In this document: positions 17,765 to 27,126 of the stretch, one piece after another
Layout: each line of letters opens with the position of its first letter
Numbering within the stretch: the first letter of the stretch is position 1
NCBI RefSeq assembly: GCF_003003005.1
Contig: NZ_PVTR01000001.1
Location: 267,108-331,107, forward strand
DNA: 64,000 nt
Direction of reading: 5' to 3'
Source: Mongoliibacter ruber
GTDB lineage: Bacteria; Bacteroidota; Bacteroidia; Cytophagales; Cyclobacteriaceae
The notes under the pieces: model-generated
Told to the model about the DNA's origin: nothing
The model's input: only the letters and a program-made list of their open reading frames with translations
Databases searched by the model: none
Position numbers and translations under genes: made by a program

Positions 17765-18328
17765 TTAAGAATCAAACAACTGCCAGTCCTCAGCAAGCAT
17801 GTCAGTCTGGGATGCGAGCCAGCCATTGACCATGGTGCCATCGGCTGCTTTCATGCAGATGTAGGAGGTGAATTTTACTTTTGAATTTGGCAAGGCTTGG
17901 CTCTTTGATATCACGCCTGTTTCCTCATTCATCCATGGGTCTCTTTTGGCATAATAATTTTTGAGACTTTGAGGAAGAGACTTTACTTTCTCAACTATAA
18001 AATCAACATCCAATTCATCCTCCGGCCTAATGAAGAGGAACATCCCTTTGCCGTTCCATCCTTTTCGAGTGACCAGTTTTCCTGCCTTTAGTGCGCAGAT
18101 GGCCCAACCGAAGTCAAGACCTTCAGCTATTTCCCAGTCCGTCCTTTGTTGTAATGCCAGGCGATGTGCAGCAGTATGGTTTTCCGATATCCAAGGGATA
18201 ACTATGTCACCTTCCTTGGTCAGCCCCAAGACTTCGCCGTCTTCGTCCATAAACCAGTATCCTCTCCATTCTGGGAGTCTTACTTTTTTTCCATCTTCGA
18301 GGGCATTCATTATTCCTTCGTAAGTCAT
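17765..18328 (-). CDS. tandem DUF2829-like phage protein
   Basis: two repeats each with A/EdGKKVrxxxWxGxxxF (LEDGKKVRLPEWRGYWF; KAGKLVTRKGWNGKGMF). Confidence 0.65.
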   Translation of the reverse strand: MTYEGIMNALEDGKKVRLPEWRGYWFMDEDGEVLGLTKEGDIVIPWISENHTAAHRLALQQRTDWEIAEGLDFGWAICALKAGKLVTRKGWNGKGMFLFIRPEDELDVDFIVEKVKSLPQSLKNYYAKRDPWMNEETGVISKSQALPNSKVKFTSYICMKAADGTMVNGWLASQTDMLAEDWQLFDS

Positions 18329-18372
18329 GATTTTAAAATTTAGATTTAAGATTTAGTGTTGATAATAATTTG

Positions 18373-18795
18373 TCAGTTCAAAAGCTTGAAGCCGCCTTTT
18401 TCTATTTCTTTATAAAGGGTATTGCCAGATTTGGTGACGGTATATGGTAAGAATACCTCAGCCATAGCAGCTACTTCTGCCTCTACTATTGCGACTTGGG
18501 CTTCTACCCAATCTTTCACTATTCGCCATGAGACTTTGATAGCTTGTTCTTTTGTGCAGAGATTTCTGGGCACCTTTTTATTTTTCTCCATTGCTCTCAA
18601 TACTCCACTATAGTTTGCAGGAAGTGAATAGACTGTCATTTGATCATTCACAATCAAACAAAAGGTGACAGCGATAGGGATACCGTCTTCATAGTCACAT
18701 ACTATTTTATTTGCCCCATGAGCAACCAGTATTTTCTGTATCTCACCAATGGTTTTGATCGAATCTATTTTAGTGGTGTAATTGAGTATGGCCAT
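18373..18795 (-). CDS. hypothetical protein
   Basis: ATG 18793-18795. Confidence 0.5.
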   Translation of the reverse strand: MAILNYTTKIDSIKTIGEIQKILVAHGANKIVCDYEDGIPIAVTFCLIVNDQMTVYSLPANYSGVLRAMEKNKKVPRNLCTKEQAIKVSWRIVKDWVEAQVAIVEAEVAAMAEVFLPYTVTKSGNTLYKEIEKGGFKLLN

Positions 18796-18808
18796 TTAGA
18801 TTTGAGGT

Positions 18809-19156
18809 TTAAGATTTTGGAAACTCGACTTGATCTTTATCGACTATCAGGATTTTTTCTACCTGATCGGGGCTCAACTCTGAGTCGAAGGATTCTGTCC
18901 TGATCTTGCTGGTCAGTTTGTCCCGCATTTTCTTGACATTGAACAGTCTCCTGACGTTTTGCCCGTAGGACTTGGTAGGTCGGCGGTCAAAGAACTGGGG
19001 GTACTTTTTGAGGATCTCCATTTTCTCTTTTTCATCCATAGGGATTTTTTTCACGGTGGAGATATAGACCTTTCTGACATCTTCGGGAAATGTCTCGTAG
19101 GTTTCCTGTGAGATGTCTTCCCTCAGGTGGTAGGTGTAGTGTTTGAATCTGCTCAT
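18809..19156 (-). CDS. hypothetical protein
   Basis: track ORF begins at TTG 19201; first ATG at 19154-19156 removes overlap with primase gene. Confidence 0.45.
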   Translation of the reverse strand: MSRFKHYTYHLREDISQETYETFPEDVRKVYISTVKKIPMDEKEKMEILKKYPQFFDRRPTKSYGQNVRRLFNVKKMRDKLTSKIRTESFDSELSPDQVEKILIVDKDQVEFPKS

Positions 19157-19167
19157 TGAAATTATTT

Positions 19168-21696
19168 TTAAAATGGTGCTGGTCCTTTTCTTTGATCCCA
19201 AAGCTCTTCCTGTTTGTACTGCTTATTGTCAAGGGGTTGGGCTTCGGCAAACTCCTTGGTTTTCTTTTCTTCTTTGCTGTCCTCTTCTTCATGTTTGCTG
19301 AATTCGAACGGTGCTCTGAATTCCTGGTATTCTACAGGAGTGAGCCAATCATCTGGCTTGAAGAGGTAATGCCTTTGGGTTTCCTCTATGTAGGCTATCC
19401 TAGGTTCATTGTCAGAATCGAAACCATTGATATGCGTAGGCAGCTTACACCTTCCCGGAGACAGGTACTTCATGCCTTTTTTCTCCTCCAGATAATACTT
19501 CAGTTCCTTTTCATCTATCCTGTATTTGCTCAGTGCCGGATCATTGAGGTATTTGAGCATGGTCTTTCTATTGACCCTAATGGATGGAAGCTTGTAGGTG
19601 AGGAAAAGGTCTTTGATCCAGTTTTCTACCACCACATCAAGTCTGGCCTTGGTGACTTCGATGATCTTCCGCATTTGATCGGTTTCGAAGTCTTTGGGGT
19701 CAAACCACAGCCTTGAGGTTTTCTTGTGGAAGATTTTTCGGTTTGAAAGAAAGCTGATCCAAGCGGGGATTTCTGTTTTGAGCTTATTCTCCAAGTCTGG
19801 ATCCTCTTTGTCGGTCTTTTTTACTTTGACCACAAACCAACGGGTATCTTCCTCCTCCATTTTCATCAGGTTGTCCGCGTCATTGGAACAGATAATCAGA
19901 TGCCCGAAATATGGAATAGGCTTCACGTCGATTCCTTTGAGTTCCATGAATATCTCCTTGGCGGTAACCATCTGCTTGAGCCTTTCCCGTTCCGCTTTTT
20001 TCTCGACATCCAAGAAACCTTCATCAAGGCCGATGATAAACTTGGAAGCCCAGTGGGCGTTGAAGTTTTTCTTGAACTGGTCATTGTTCAGCACGATGCC
20101 ATTGCCATTGTACACCATGCACAGCCATTCGAGAAAAGTGGACTTTCCTGTCTTTTGGTCCTTGGATACCAGGCAGGGAACAAAGGTCTTTTGGGTGGGA
20201 TGTTGATGGAGAATGGTCAGGTAGTCCAATGCTATGGTGAATTGATCGCCCTTGTAAGCCGTTTCTTTGTACACTTTTTCCTCTTCATCCCATTCCACTT
20301 TTCCTTCTCCTTGGAATAGGTGTTTGACAAAGCCAAGTGTAGTGTCAATCCTGCCCGGCTTTGGATCCCACATCAAAGGTTCCATCAGGTTGTAGCAGCC
20401 GTATATTGTCCTTCGGTATCCTTTGGGGTCCCAAGAGGGCAGCGAAAAGAATCCGTCAAAACGTGGGATATCCTTATTGATCATCTGCTCTGCCTGGTGC
20501 TTGGGATAATCCCTTTTTATTTCAGTCACAGACCATTTTTCAATCCTTTCTTCCGTGATTCCTCTGTGGTTGGGCAGGCGGACTCGCTTGATCCAGTTGA
20601 TTCCTATTCTGGCGAATCGGTCTGCTTCTTCCGACTTGACATATTTTAGCTCCTCTCCTGTCCACTCGTACTTAGTGCGGTTGAAGATGAAAGGCCTACT
20701 GCCAATATATTCCTTATAGATGGCGTAGAAATCAGACTGATTGTTAGTGCCGAAATAGCGGTATATCCCCGAAGTCTGACCGTCAGTAAGTGGCAATCCA
20801 TCAAAGTAGGTTTTCGCAAAGTGCAGCTGCGAAAGGTCATCCATGATCTGCTGCTGCTTAGCCGGCAGCGAGACCAAAAGATCATCCAAGCCCTTAGTAT
20901 GCTCATACATTTTGGTCTTGAGGTGCATAAAGTAGACATGCGTGAGGTTGACGCTTTTGTCTTCAATGAGCAGGTGAAGACTGTTGCGGAAATTTGCCAC
21001 TGCATTGGCAAAAGACATGGGGCGTGTCCTTAGGTCTTTGTTGTCTTTCCACTTGACAGTAAGGGTATCTGCGTCAAGGAGCATGACAATATTTTTGACT
21101 TCACAGTCCAGAATAATCTGCTGTATGATTTCATTGATTTCCCGACGGTGGTTGGTGTCTCCTCCATAAAAGCCGTGAATACCTGGAATGCCGACAAATT
21201 CCCAGTTTTCCATTTCCCCGATTTTGTCCTTGACCATCCAAGCTTTGAAAGCCTTGAACTCCCCTTCCACCAAGACCAGAGTTTCAATTTTCTTATCCGT
21301 ATTATATGCCTTGATCACCCCGGGGGTGAGATAAGGGACCAGCGGAGAGCCTTTTTCCTGATGGTACTTGGCAGTGTGGATATTACCGTCCTTTTCATAG
21401 GTATTTTCTTTGGTCAGACGGATTCGGGAAAAGTTCTTAGACCACTTCAGTCCATCAGGTTTCCAGTCAATCGGGTAACCGGTGGGCAGGAAGTAATTGA
21501 TCTGAATTCCTTTTTCATGGATTTCAAATGCCTTGTTTTCTTTGGTTTTGGTGGTGCGTATCCAAGCTGAATTTTCTCCATGCTCATAGTCCGGACTGGT
21601 GATCGTATTGATCTCCTCGGTAATGCCGAGGCCGCGGAGTCGCTCCTCGTAATATAATTTTGCTTCATCGGGTATGGTGGTTTTCGGATTGCTCAT
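19168..21696 (-). CDS. phage/plasmid primase-helicase (P4 Primase_C / D5-like SF3 NTPase domain)
   Basis: 842 aa; C-terminal half has KDQKTGKST Walker A and IIGLDEGF Walker B in P4-primase C-terminal context. Confidence 0.7.
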   Translation of the reverse strand: MSNPKTTIPDEAKLYYEERLRGLGITEEINTITSPDYEHGENSAWIRTTKTKENKAFEIHEKGIQINYFLPTGYPIDWKPDGLKWSKNFSRIRLTKENTYEKDGNIHTAKYHQEKGSPLVPYLTPGVIKAYNTDKKIETLVLVEGEFKAFKAWMVKDKIGEMENWEFVGIPGIHGFYGGDTNHRREINEIIQQIILDCEVKNIVMLLDADTLTVKWKDNKDLRTRPMSFANAVANFRNSLHLLIEDKSVNLTHVYFMHLKTKMYEHTKGLDDLLVSLPAKQQQIMDDLSQLHFAKTYFDGLPLTDGQTSGIYRYFGTNNQSDFYAIYKEYIGSRPFIFNRTKYEWTGEELKYVKSEEADRFARIGINWIKRVRLPNHRGITEERIEKWSVTEIKRDYPKHQAEQMINKDIPRFDGFFSLPSWDPKGYRRTIYGCYNLMEPLMWDPKPGRIDTTLGFVKHLFQGEGKVEWDEEEKVYKETAYKGDQFTIALDYLTILHQHPTQKTFVPCLVSKDQKTGKSTFLEWLCMVYNGNGIVLNNDQFKKNFNAHWASKFIIGLDEGFLDVEKKAERERLKQMVTAKEIFMELKGIDVKPIPYFGHLIICSNDADNLMKMEEEDTRWFVVKVKKTDKEDPDLENKLKTEIPAWISFLSNRKIFHKKTSRLWFDPKDFETDQMRKIIEVTKARLDVVVENWIKDLFLTYKLPSIRVNRKTMLKYLNDPALSKYRIDEKELKYYLEEKKGMKYLSPGRCKLPTHINGFDSDNEPRIAYIEETQRHYLFKPDDWLTPVEYQEFRAPFEFSKHEEEDSKEEKKTKEFAEAQPLDNKQYKQEELWDQRKGPAPF

Positions 21697-21865
21697 TGTC
21701 GGGGTATACTTCTGCTTCGAGTTGCTGTATTTCGGTAAAAAGGGCGGTCATTTCTTTGGTCAACTGATCCAGTCGCTGTGAAGGGATGTCAGGATCTTCA
21801 AGGACTTTCTTCCGTTTGGCTTCCAGTTGGGCCTTGAGGTTGGAGAGTTGTATGGATTTATCCAT
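21665..21865 (-). CDS. hypothetical small protein
   Basis: ATG 21863-21865 preceded by AGGAGGTTGACC. Confidence 0.4.
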   Translation of the reverse strand: MDKSIQLSNLKAQLEAKRKKVLEDPDIPSQRLDQLTKEMTALFTEIQQLEAEVYPDNEQSENHHTR

Positions 21866-21909
21866 GGTCAACCTCCTTTCCTGAGAAGCGAGATACGAGA
21901 GGCGAGAGA

Positions 21910-22647
21910 TTAGACATGAGCTACCTCCTCTCCTATTACTTGCAGATGATTTTTGAGAATGGTTTCCTCAGATGGATGGCCAGTGCGGGATAGTTCTCTG
22001 AACTTGATCACCCATACCCAGGGGTTGGCTTGCCAAGAGGCTTGACCGTTGATTGATTTCCAGAGTGTTTTAAAAGAAGATTTTGCATTTGAAAGGTTAT
22101 AGAGATTTGCTTCATAATCGTAATGCCAACCTTTATAGTCTATTCCTTTTCCAAATTGGATACCCTCATCAATCGCATCCTCCTCACTGATATGCTGCAA
22201 TCTCTCTACCTTGACGTCCTCGACCATCAGCCAGATTCGGGCAGCTGCTTTGGGCATATGGATGGAGGGTTTCCATGTAAAATTATTCTTCTCTGTACTT
22301 GCTCTAAATCTTATTCCATTGTCTTCAGGTTTAGAGGCGGTCTGCATATTACACCAAGTCTCCCTCACCCAAAGGAGGTCGCCAGGTTTGCCGTAGGGGC
22401 AAAAGAAATCTAAGCCAGAACTATTAGGATAATTGATATGCTTAAAGAAAAATCTCTCTATTAGTCTTAAATCAAATATCCAATCCGATGGAGTGTTTAT
22501 ATTAAGATAATCAAGTCCTTTTGTTCTTCTAGTCTGCTTTTTCAATCCATGCAGCACAGACTTCACCATTTCTGTTTGGTATAGTATAGGCCTCTCAGTG
22601 ATCAGGTGGCTGTCAAGGAGGAATTGGTTTGGTTTTAGCTTAGCCAT
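21910..22647 (-). CDS. hypothetical protein
   Basis: ATG 22645-22647 preceded by GGGAGGTCTCCA; 245 aa. Confidence 0.5.
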   Translation of the reverse strand: MAKLKPNQFLLDSHLITERPILYQTEMVKSVLHGLKKQTRRTKGLDYLNINTPSDWIFDLRLIERFFFKHINYPNSSGLDFFCPYGKPGDLLWVRETWCNMQTASKPEDNGIRFRASTEKNNFTWKPSIHMPKAAARIWLMVEDVKVERLQHISEEDAIDEGIQFGKGIDYKGWHYDYEANLYNLSNAKSSFKTLWKSINGQASWQANPWVWVIKFRELSRTGHPSEETILKNHLQVIGEEVAHV

Positions 22648-23071
22648 TGGAGACCTCCCTTTCTGCCATTAAATGGATCTCATTGATATAGCGGGAAATG
22701 TTCTTTTCGTCCTCTCTGGCCATGCTCATATAGAGGTTGGCCTTGAGTTCCTGTAGCCTGTAATTGCTGTCCGTGTCTGGAAATTCTTCGAGATAATCTT
22801 CGAGTTCGTATTCCTCCAATTCCAGTTCCTTTATCATTTTGAGAAGTACTTCAATCTGGCTTTCGGCTTTGTTGAGTGCCTGGTGATAGAGCCATAGGGC
22901 AGTACCGATTTCCTCGTCTTTGGCGTCCCTTCCTTCCTTGTATATTGTGAGACTGGGGCCTTGGTCAAGCCGTAGGATCATAAAAAGCCTGTCACCCATA
23001 GGATAGGATTCCAAAGAATCGATGGCGTTGAGCTTGGCGGGGACCTTTTCTATAAGTGCTGAATTAGCCAT
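22640..23071 (-). CDS. hypothetical acidic protein
   Basis: ATG 23069-23071 preceded by AAGGAGGTCACCA; C-terminal ...EREVSNG encodes the next gene's ribosome-binding site. Confidence 0.5.
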   Translation of the reverse strand: MANSALIEKVPAKLNAIDSLESYPMGDRLFMILRLDQGPSLTIYKEGRDAKDEEIGTALWLYHQALNKAESQIEVLLKMIKELELEEYELEDYLEEFPDTDSNYRLQELKANLYMSMAREDEKNISRYINEIHLMAEREVSNG

Positions 23072-23600
23072 TGGTGACCTCCTTTTTCTTAAAGTGTTGA
23101 TCTCTGATGGCTTCAAATTCCTTTGAAGTGATCTCAATGATATTTGGGTCTGTTGGAATGTGCTTGTCATCGAGGAAAAGCAGGATGATATCACAGCATA
23201 TTTCCATATATGGGATAGTGAATTTTCCATATATCCCTTCTTCTATCGATGCTGCTTCAAGGACATAGGAATAATTGCTAGATGGAAGACCTTGCAGAAA
23301 TTCTCTAATTTCTCTTCCAAGCTTGTACCGTGTGTTTGACACAAAGACATCCGGAAGATTGGAGTCCCTTTTCCAGGTCTTAGTGTCCACTTTTTCAGGG
23401 TTTTTGAATACAAAGCCCGAGTAAATCAAAGTCCTTGTAAAAGTCTGATTGGTACTGGTTCCAAAATACTTCTGATAGTCAAGACCTGTTTTTTCTTTGA
23501 TGGCCTTTTTATTGTCCTTGTCTATCTGAAGCTCTCTGGTCCTAAGTGCATGGAGCTTTTTGTATGCAGCACTGCTTTTTCTGGTGACTTTATAAAACAT
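23064..23600 (-). CDS. hypothetical protein
   Basis: ATG 23598-23600 preceded by GGAGGTGAAGG. Confidence 0.5.
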   Translation of the reverse strand: MFYKVTRKSSAAYKKLHALRTRELQIDKDNKKAIKEKTGLDYQKYFGTSTNQTFTRTLIYSGFVFKNPEKVDTKTWKRDSNLPDVFVSNTRYKLGREIREFLQGLPSSNYSYVLEAASIEEGIYGKFTIPYMEICCDIILLFLDDKHIPTDPNIIEITSKEFEAIRDQHFKKKEVTNG

Positions 23601-23931
23601 CCTTCACCTCCATTTCCAGATCGTTCTCCTGATAATCAATTCCACTGTATTCAGTAAGCTTAATCCCCATGCTTCCATCAATCGGGGCAAATCCTTCTTG
23701 ATTCCAGGAATGTATTATCTGATAGTCAGAACTATCACCACCAACTCTTAACACTTCCAAGGCATATTTTTTCAATACTTCATCGATAGGATCTGCTTCC
23801 TTATCATAATCCCATGAAAAAAAATCAAGGGTTTCTCTGGCCATTTCCTCGGTGAATTTTTCGAGATCGACTTCAAATTCAAGCTGTGCTGTATAGAAGT
23901 CATAATTGAAACTGTAAATTTTCTTAGTCAT
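23590..23931 (-). CDS. hypothetical acidic protein
   Basis: ATG 23929-23931 in CCAATGaCTAA start/stop overlap; longer track ORF to 23988 would overlap upstream gene by 65 nt. Confidence 0.4.
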   Translation of the reverse strand: MTKKIYSFNYDFYTAQLEFEVDLEKFTEEMARETLDFFSWDYDKEADPIDEVLKKYALEVLRVGGDSSDYQIIHSWNQEGFAPIDGSMGIKLTEYSGIDYQENDLEMEVKDVL

Positions 23932-24148
23932 TGGGTTGTGGTTTTTTGATTCGATTGAATTCTGATTTTTTGTGAGGATATTTTTCAAGAGAGCACATGT
24001 ATTGCTCAGATGGAAAATCAGGTTTGTTTGCTGCGATCATGGCATCTACCTTTTTTTTGGGAAAGCCTGTGATGTTGAACTGTGCCACCCTTTCACCTGT
24101 ATTGTAGGGCTTGGTGGTGTAGCAGAGGTATTTAAAGTAGTTAGGCAT
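23924..24148 (-). CDS. hypothetical small protein
   Basis: ATG 24146-24148 preceded by GAGGAGGTATCCA. Confidence 0.4.
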   Translation of the reverse strand: MPNYFKYLCYTTKPYNTGERVAQFNITGFPKKKVDAMIAANKPDFPSEQYMCSLEKYPHKKSEFNRIKKPQPND

Positions 24149-24359
24149 TGGATACCTCCTCTCTTTCTTTAAAACATGTAAAAGTCTGAACCATGGTACT
24201 ATGCCGGCAAAGCCTTATTCTTTGGGTAGTGCCATTATAATCTACCGGTATAAATGGCTTAAAATAATGGCAATGCTTGCACGGAGGCTCTGTGATGGAC
24301 TTGAGGGCTTCCAGGTTTTCGGGTTCCTGTTCGGCCTTTTTTCGGATTTCCTCAAACAT
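24141..24359 (-). CDS. hypothetical small Cys-rich protein
   Basis: ATG 24357-24359 preceded by GGAGGTCACCG; CKHCHY...C..H cysteine pattern. Confidence 0.45.
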   Translation of the reverse strand: MFEEIRKKAEQEPENLEALKSITEPPCKHCHYFKPFIPVDYNGTTQRIRLCRHSTMVQTFTCFKEREEVSNA

Positions 24360-24609
24360 CGGTGACCTCCATTTCTTCAATGTTCTCAATTGGATATCTT
24401 AATTGCATTAAATCAGGATTTCTATTGGTTACAAAAAAAATACGATCACCAGTTTTAAGTACCGTTTCTGAATAATTCACAAGCTTAGATCCTATCCATA
24501 TACTTTGTTGAAATGGTCCACAATTCACAACTGTACCATCTTTATCTAAATCCCACCACAGAAAATCCTGTCCGTGATCCTCAAAGTGGAGTCTTTTAAT
24601 TTTATCCAT
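24352..24609 (-). CDS. hypothetical small protein
   Basis: ATG 24607-24609 preceded by AAGGAGGTGTCCA. Confidence 0.45.
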   Translation of the reverse strand: MDKIKRLHFEDHGQDFLWWDLDKDGTVVNCGPFQQSIWIGSKLVNYSETVLKTGDRIFFVTNRNPDLMQLRYPIENIEEMEVTDV

Positions 24610-24817
24610 TGGACACCTCCTTTTTCATTTTTGCACTTCTTACTAGGAATAGTTCTTTGTCGGGAGCAAACTCGAAGGTGTTCTTTCCCCATGTGGTTAT
24701 CTTGACGGTATCGGTTACTTCTATCGTATCCACCCAGTATTCTTTGTACACCATGGAGTTGGTTTTGAATACATCTCCGGGCTGTAGTTCTTTGGCTTTT
24801 ATATGTGGTCTGTACAT
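24602..24817 (-). CDS. hypothetical small protein
   Basis: ATG 24815-24817; C-terminus ...KKEVSNG. Confidence 0.45.
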   Translation of the reverse strand: MYRPHIKAKELQPGDVFKTNSMVYKEYWVDTIEVTDTVKITTWGKNTFEFAPDKELFLVRSAKMKKEVSNG

Positions 24818-24984
24818 AGCTGATTTTTTAATTCTTGAAGTTCTTTTTCTTTGATTTCCTTCCAGTGGCGGAGTTTGATGCGGTCTTCCTCCTGAAGCTC
24901 ATGGATATAGCGAAGTTTGTTTTCATAGACCTGTATATCGATTTCCAAAAGGAAGATGCCCGTGTTTACTTCTTCCTGTGTCAT
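24799..24984 (-). CDS. hypothetical small protein
   Basis: ATG 24982-24984. Confidence 0.35.
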   Translation of the reverse strand: MTQEEVNTGIFLLEIDIQVYENKLRYIHELQEEDRIKLRHWKEIKEKELQELKNQLCTDHI

Positions 24985-25274
24985 CTGCGAATCCTTTTGG
25001 TATCACACCAGAAAAAAGCAGGGTACACATCCCTGAGAAGTTCGCGTGTCATATTGAGGTCATTTTCTTCGCAGTACTTGACGATCTTGTTCTGTTCCTG
25101 CATTCTGCCGATCAGTTGACCGGCCATAAAAGCTATCCATCCGGCAAGTGCCATGAAAAATACCAGTAGCATTGCCATTGCTGAAGTTGTAATCATTGTT
25201 GTATGGGTTGAAGTGTGAGAATTGCTTTGAATTTTTCTTTGTTGACTATTCCCTCTCCTGGGACATAGTACCAT
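24981..25274 (-). CDS. hypothetical membrane protein
   Basis: hydrophobic stretch AMAMLLVFFMALAGWIAFMAG. Confidence 0.4.
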   Translation of the reverse strand: MVLCPRRGNSQQRKIQSNSHTSTHTTMITTSAMAMLLVFFMALAGWIAFMAGQLIGRMQEQNKIVKYCEENDLNMTRELLRDVYPAFFWCDTKRIRR

Positions 25275-25618
25275 TGGCCTGAATATGTGCCGGGTTCTCC
25301 AAGTGCGTCCTCAAAAAGGATGAAGACCCTGTCCGGCTCGGCTTTGAGGATGATACCCTCCGTTTTCAGCCCAAGCACTTTTGGAGTTCCGCAGCGCATG
25401 GCCATAAAGAGCAGGAGAAAACCGAAGATGATGGCTGTTACCACTGCCCGAAAACAGCCTTTCCCGCTGTTTTCCAAGCCATCGTCCGTATAATAGGGCT
25501 CTTGAGAATCTATCATTTGTAGGGATGTTTGGATGGATTGCTGCGCTGACGGATGTTGCTTCCCGGTCTGACCGGTACCTGAGTGATTGACTCGGCGCGT
25601 TGGGTTCCTTGGGACCAA
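25193..25618 (-). CDS. hypothetical membrane protein (true start probably internal)
   Basis: hydrophobic stretch VVTAIIFGFLLLFMAM; region 25193-25803 has overlapping ORFs in three frames, so boundaries are uncertain. Confidence 0.3.
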   Translation of the reverse strand: MVPRNPTRRVNHSGTGQTGKQHPSAQQSIQTSLQMIDSQEPYYTDDGLENSGKGCFRAVVTAIIFGFLLLFMAMRCGTPKVLGLKTEGIILKAEPDRVFILFEDALGEPGTYSGQWYYVPGEGIVNKEKFKAILTLQPIQQ

Positions 25619-25799
25619 TTGGTCTTGGTGACAAAGTCAAAATAACCTTCGAGCACTTCTTCTATGCTCACACCTATCTTGCAGTAGTTCTGTCCCAGAT
25701 AAGTGATATCAAGACTATATACTCCTTGCCCATGCACAATGGGCGGCAACTGATATGGGGCTGTGCCCATGATCTGGCCAATCAATACATCTCTGCTTT

Positions 25800-26354
25800 T
25801 CATGGCTTCTGGGATTTATATGCTCTTGGATTGTTGCCGAGGTCGATGCCCTGTCTCTTGGCATACTTGAGTTTATAGCCCTTAAAGCGTTTTTGCTTTT
25901 GGGTCTTTTTCACTACCGCTTTTCCGTTGCGTGGCTTGAAGATGCCATCTGCAAAAGCCGGAGTAGCCATCAAAAAGGAAAGGCAGATTACCAGGGCTTT
26001 TTTCATCATTCGGGAGATATTGAACAGTGGTGCCTCTCCGGTGATGACTACTCTTTTCTTTGCTTTTTTGGGGAATGCTTCTTTGACTTTAATGAATTCG
26101 CCACTGGCCTGGTCACAGATCAGGATCAGGTCGTCTCCGTAAAGGATGATCAATACATGATCACCCTGGTGTTCGTTTCCGTTTTTTTCAGGTCGGCAGA
26201 ACTCTGATTTCCATTCTTCCAGCGTTATGGCCAGCTGGTCAAGGCTGTCAAAGACGTGATCATTTTGAAGGTGTTCCTCAATGGCAAGCAGCCAAGCCTC
26301 CAGGTGTTCAAGTGTGGGATTTGTGAGTTCTGATTTTTCTATTTCTAGTCTCAT
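25800..26354 (-). CDS. hypothetical protein
   Basis: 184 aa co-oriented ORF. Confidence 0.45.
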   Translation of the reverse strand: MRLEIEKSELTNPTLEHLEAWLLAIEEHLQNDHVFDSLDQLAITLEEWKSEFCRPEKNGNEHQGDHVLIILYGDDLILICDQASGEFIKVKEAFPKKAKKRVVITGEAPLFNISRMMKKALVICLSFLMATPAFADGIFKPRNGKAVVKKTQKQKRFKGYKLKYAKRQGIDLGNNPRAYKSQKP

Positions 26355-26581
26355 AATGTAAAAAGGTCAAATGTTTTTTTTCTTGCTCGTCGTACTTTTG
26401 ATCGGAGGGCCTTTGAGGGCTTTTCCGTTTTCCATAAATCAGGTCTGATTTCCTGTGATATCATCACTGCGGATATGAGGCAGATCATGAGGAAAGACAC
26501 AATGAATTTCAGTGTGAATTCCCTGGCTGTCTCAGTCGGGACTGCGAAACCCAGGTGTTGGGCTCTGATTGTAGCGTTCAT
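26351..26581 (-). CDS. hypothetical small membrane protein
   Basis: 4-nt overlap with downstream gene; hydrophobic FIVSFLMICLISAVMI. Confidence 0.35.
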   Translation of the reverse strand: MNATIRAQHLGFAVPTETAREFTLKFIVSFLMICLISAVMISQEIRPDLWKTEKPSKALRSKVRRARKKTFDLFTL

Positions 26582-26846
26582 CTGTTAAAAGTTTAAGTAT
26601 CGGCACGTTGTGATCGGGAAAAAATGCCAATACGATTAGGTCTTCGATTTCATTTTCAATTTCTCTGAGTTCCAAAAGGATCTCCATGATGGATGTTGAC
26701 AAAGCTTTGTCATTATCCGGAGAGCTTGGAGCATCGATAAACTCTTGTTCGAGGGATTTCAATCTGCGCTTGAGCATAATCTCGTCATCGAGCAGTAGCT
26801 TGGAATAGCGAATGTTGATTTCCTCCGGAAGCGGATACTTTTTCAT
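26532..26846 (-). CDS. hypothetical protein
   Basis: co-oriented ORF in early-gene run. Confidence 0.35.
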   Translation of the reverse strand: MKKYPLPEEINIRYSKLLLDDEIMLKRRLKSLEQEFIDAPSSPDNDKALSTSIMEILLELREIENEIEDLIVLAFFPDHNVPILKLLTDERYNQSPTPGFRSPD

Positions 26847-27117
26847 GGTACTTGGTTTTAGCGGTGTTGATGAGTTCTAGCATATCAGCGCGGAGTTTGG
26901 AAAACCTGCTTTCTTCATGAGGAAGGAGCAGGATGATTTCAGACTCCAGCTGCAAGACAGCGTTCAGCTGTACCGTTTCTGACTTTTGGGAGAAAAAATC
27001 CGCCTTGAGGAGGATTTTGCTGATGGCCTTCGCTCTTGCACCATTGAGATAGCCGGTCATTCCATAGGCCTTTTCTCTTGCTTTTGCGAATTTTTTCAGT
27101 TTGGCTAAAGCTCCCAT
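26785..27117 (-). CDS. hypothetical protein
   Basis: co-oriented ORF in early-gene run. Confidence 0.35.
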   Translation of the reverse strand: MGALAKLKKFAKAREKAYGMTGYLNGARAKAISKILLKADFFSQKSETVQLNAVLQLESEIILLLPHEESRFSKLRADMLELINTAKTKYHEKVSASGGNQHSLFQATAR

Positions 27118-27126
27118 AAGTAGATA

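Noticed and set aside
19156-21570. plus-strand ORFs (186, 170, 139, 140, 109 aa) inside the primase-helicase gene
   Set aside because: Antisense to an 842-aa ORF with Walker motifs; no start context.
25193-25803. three mutually overlapping minus-strand ORFs in different frames (25193..25618, 25311..25640, 25513..25803)
   Set aside because: Gene boundaries cannot be resolved from sequence alone. A frameshifted or degraded gene is possible, but I could not verify a specific slip site, so only the ORF with a TM segment is reported, at low confidence.
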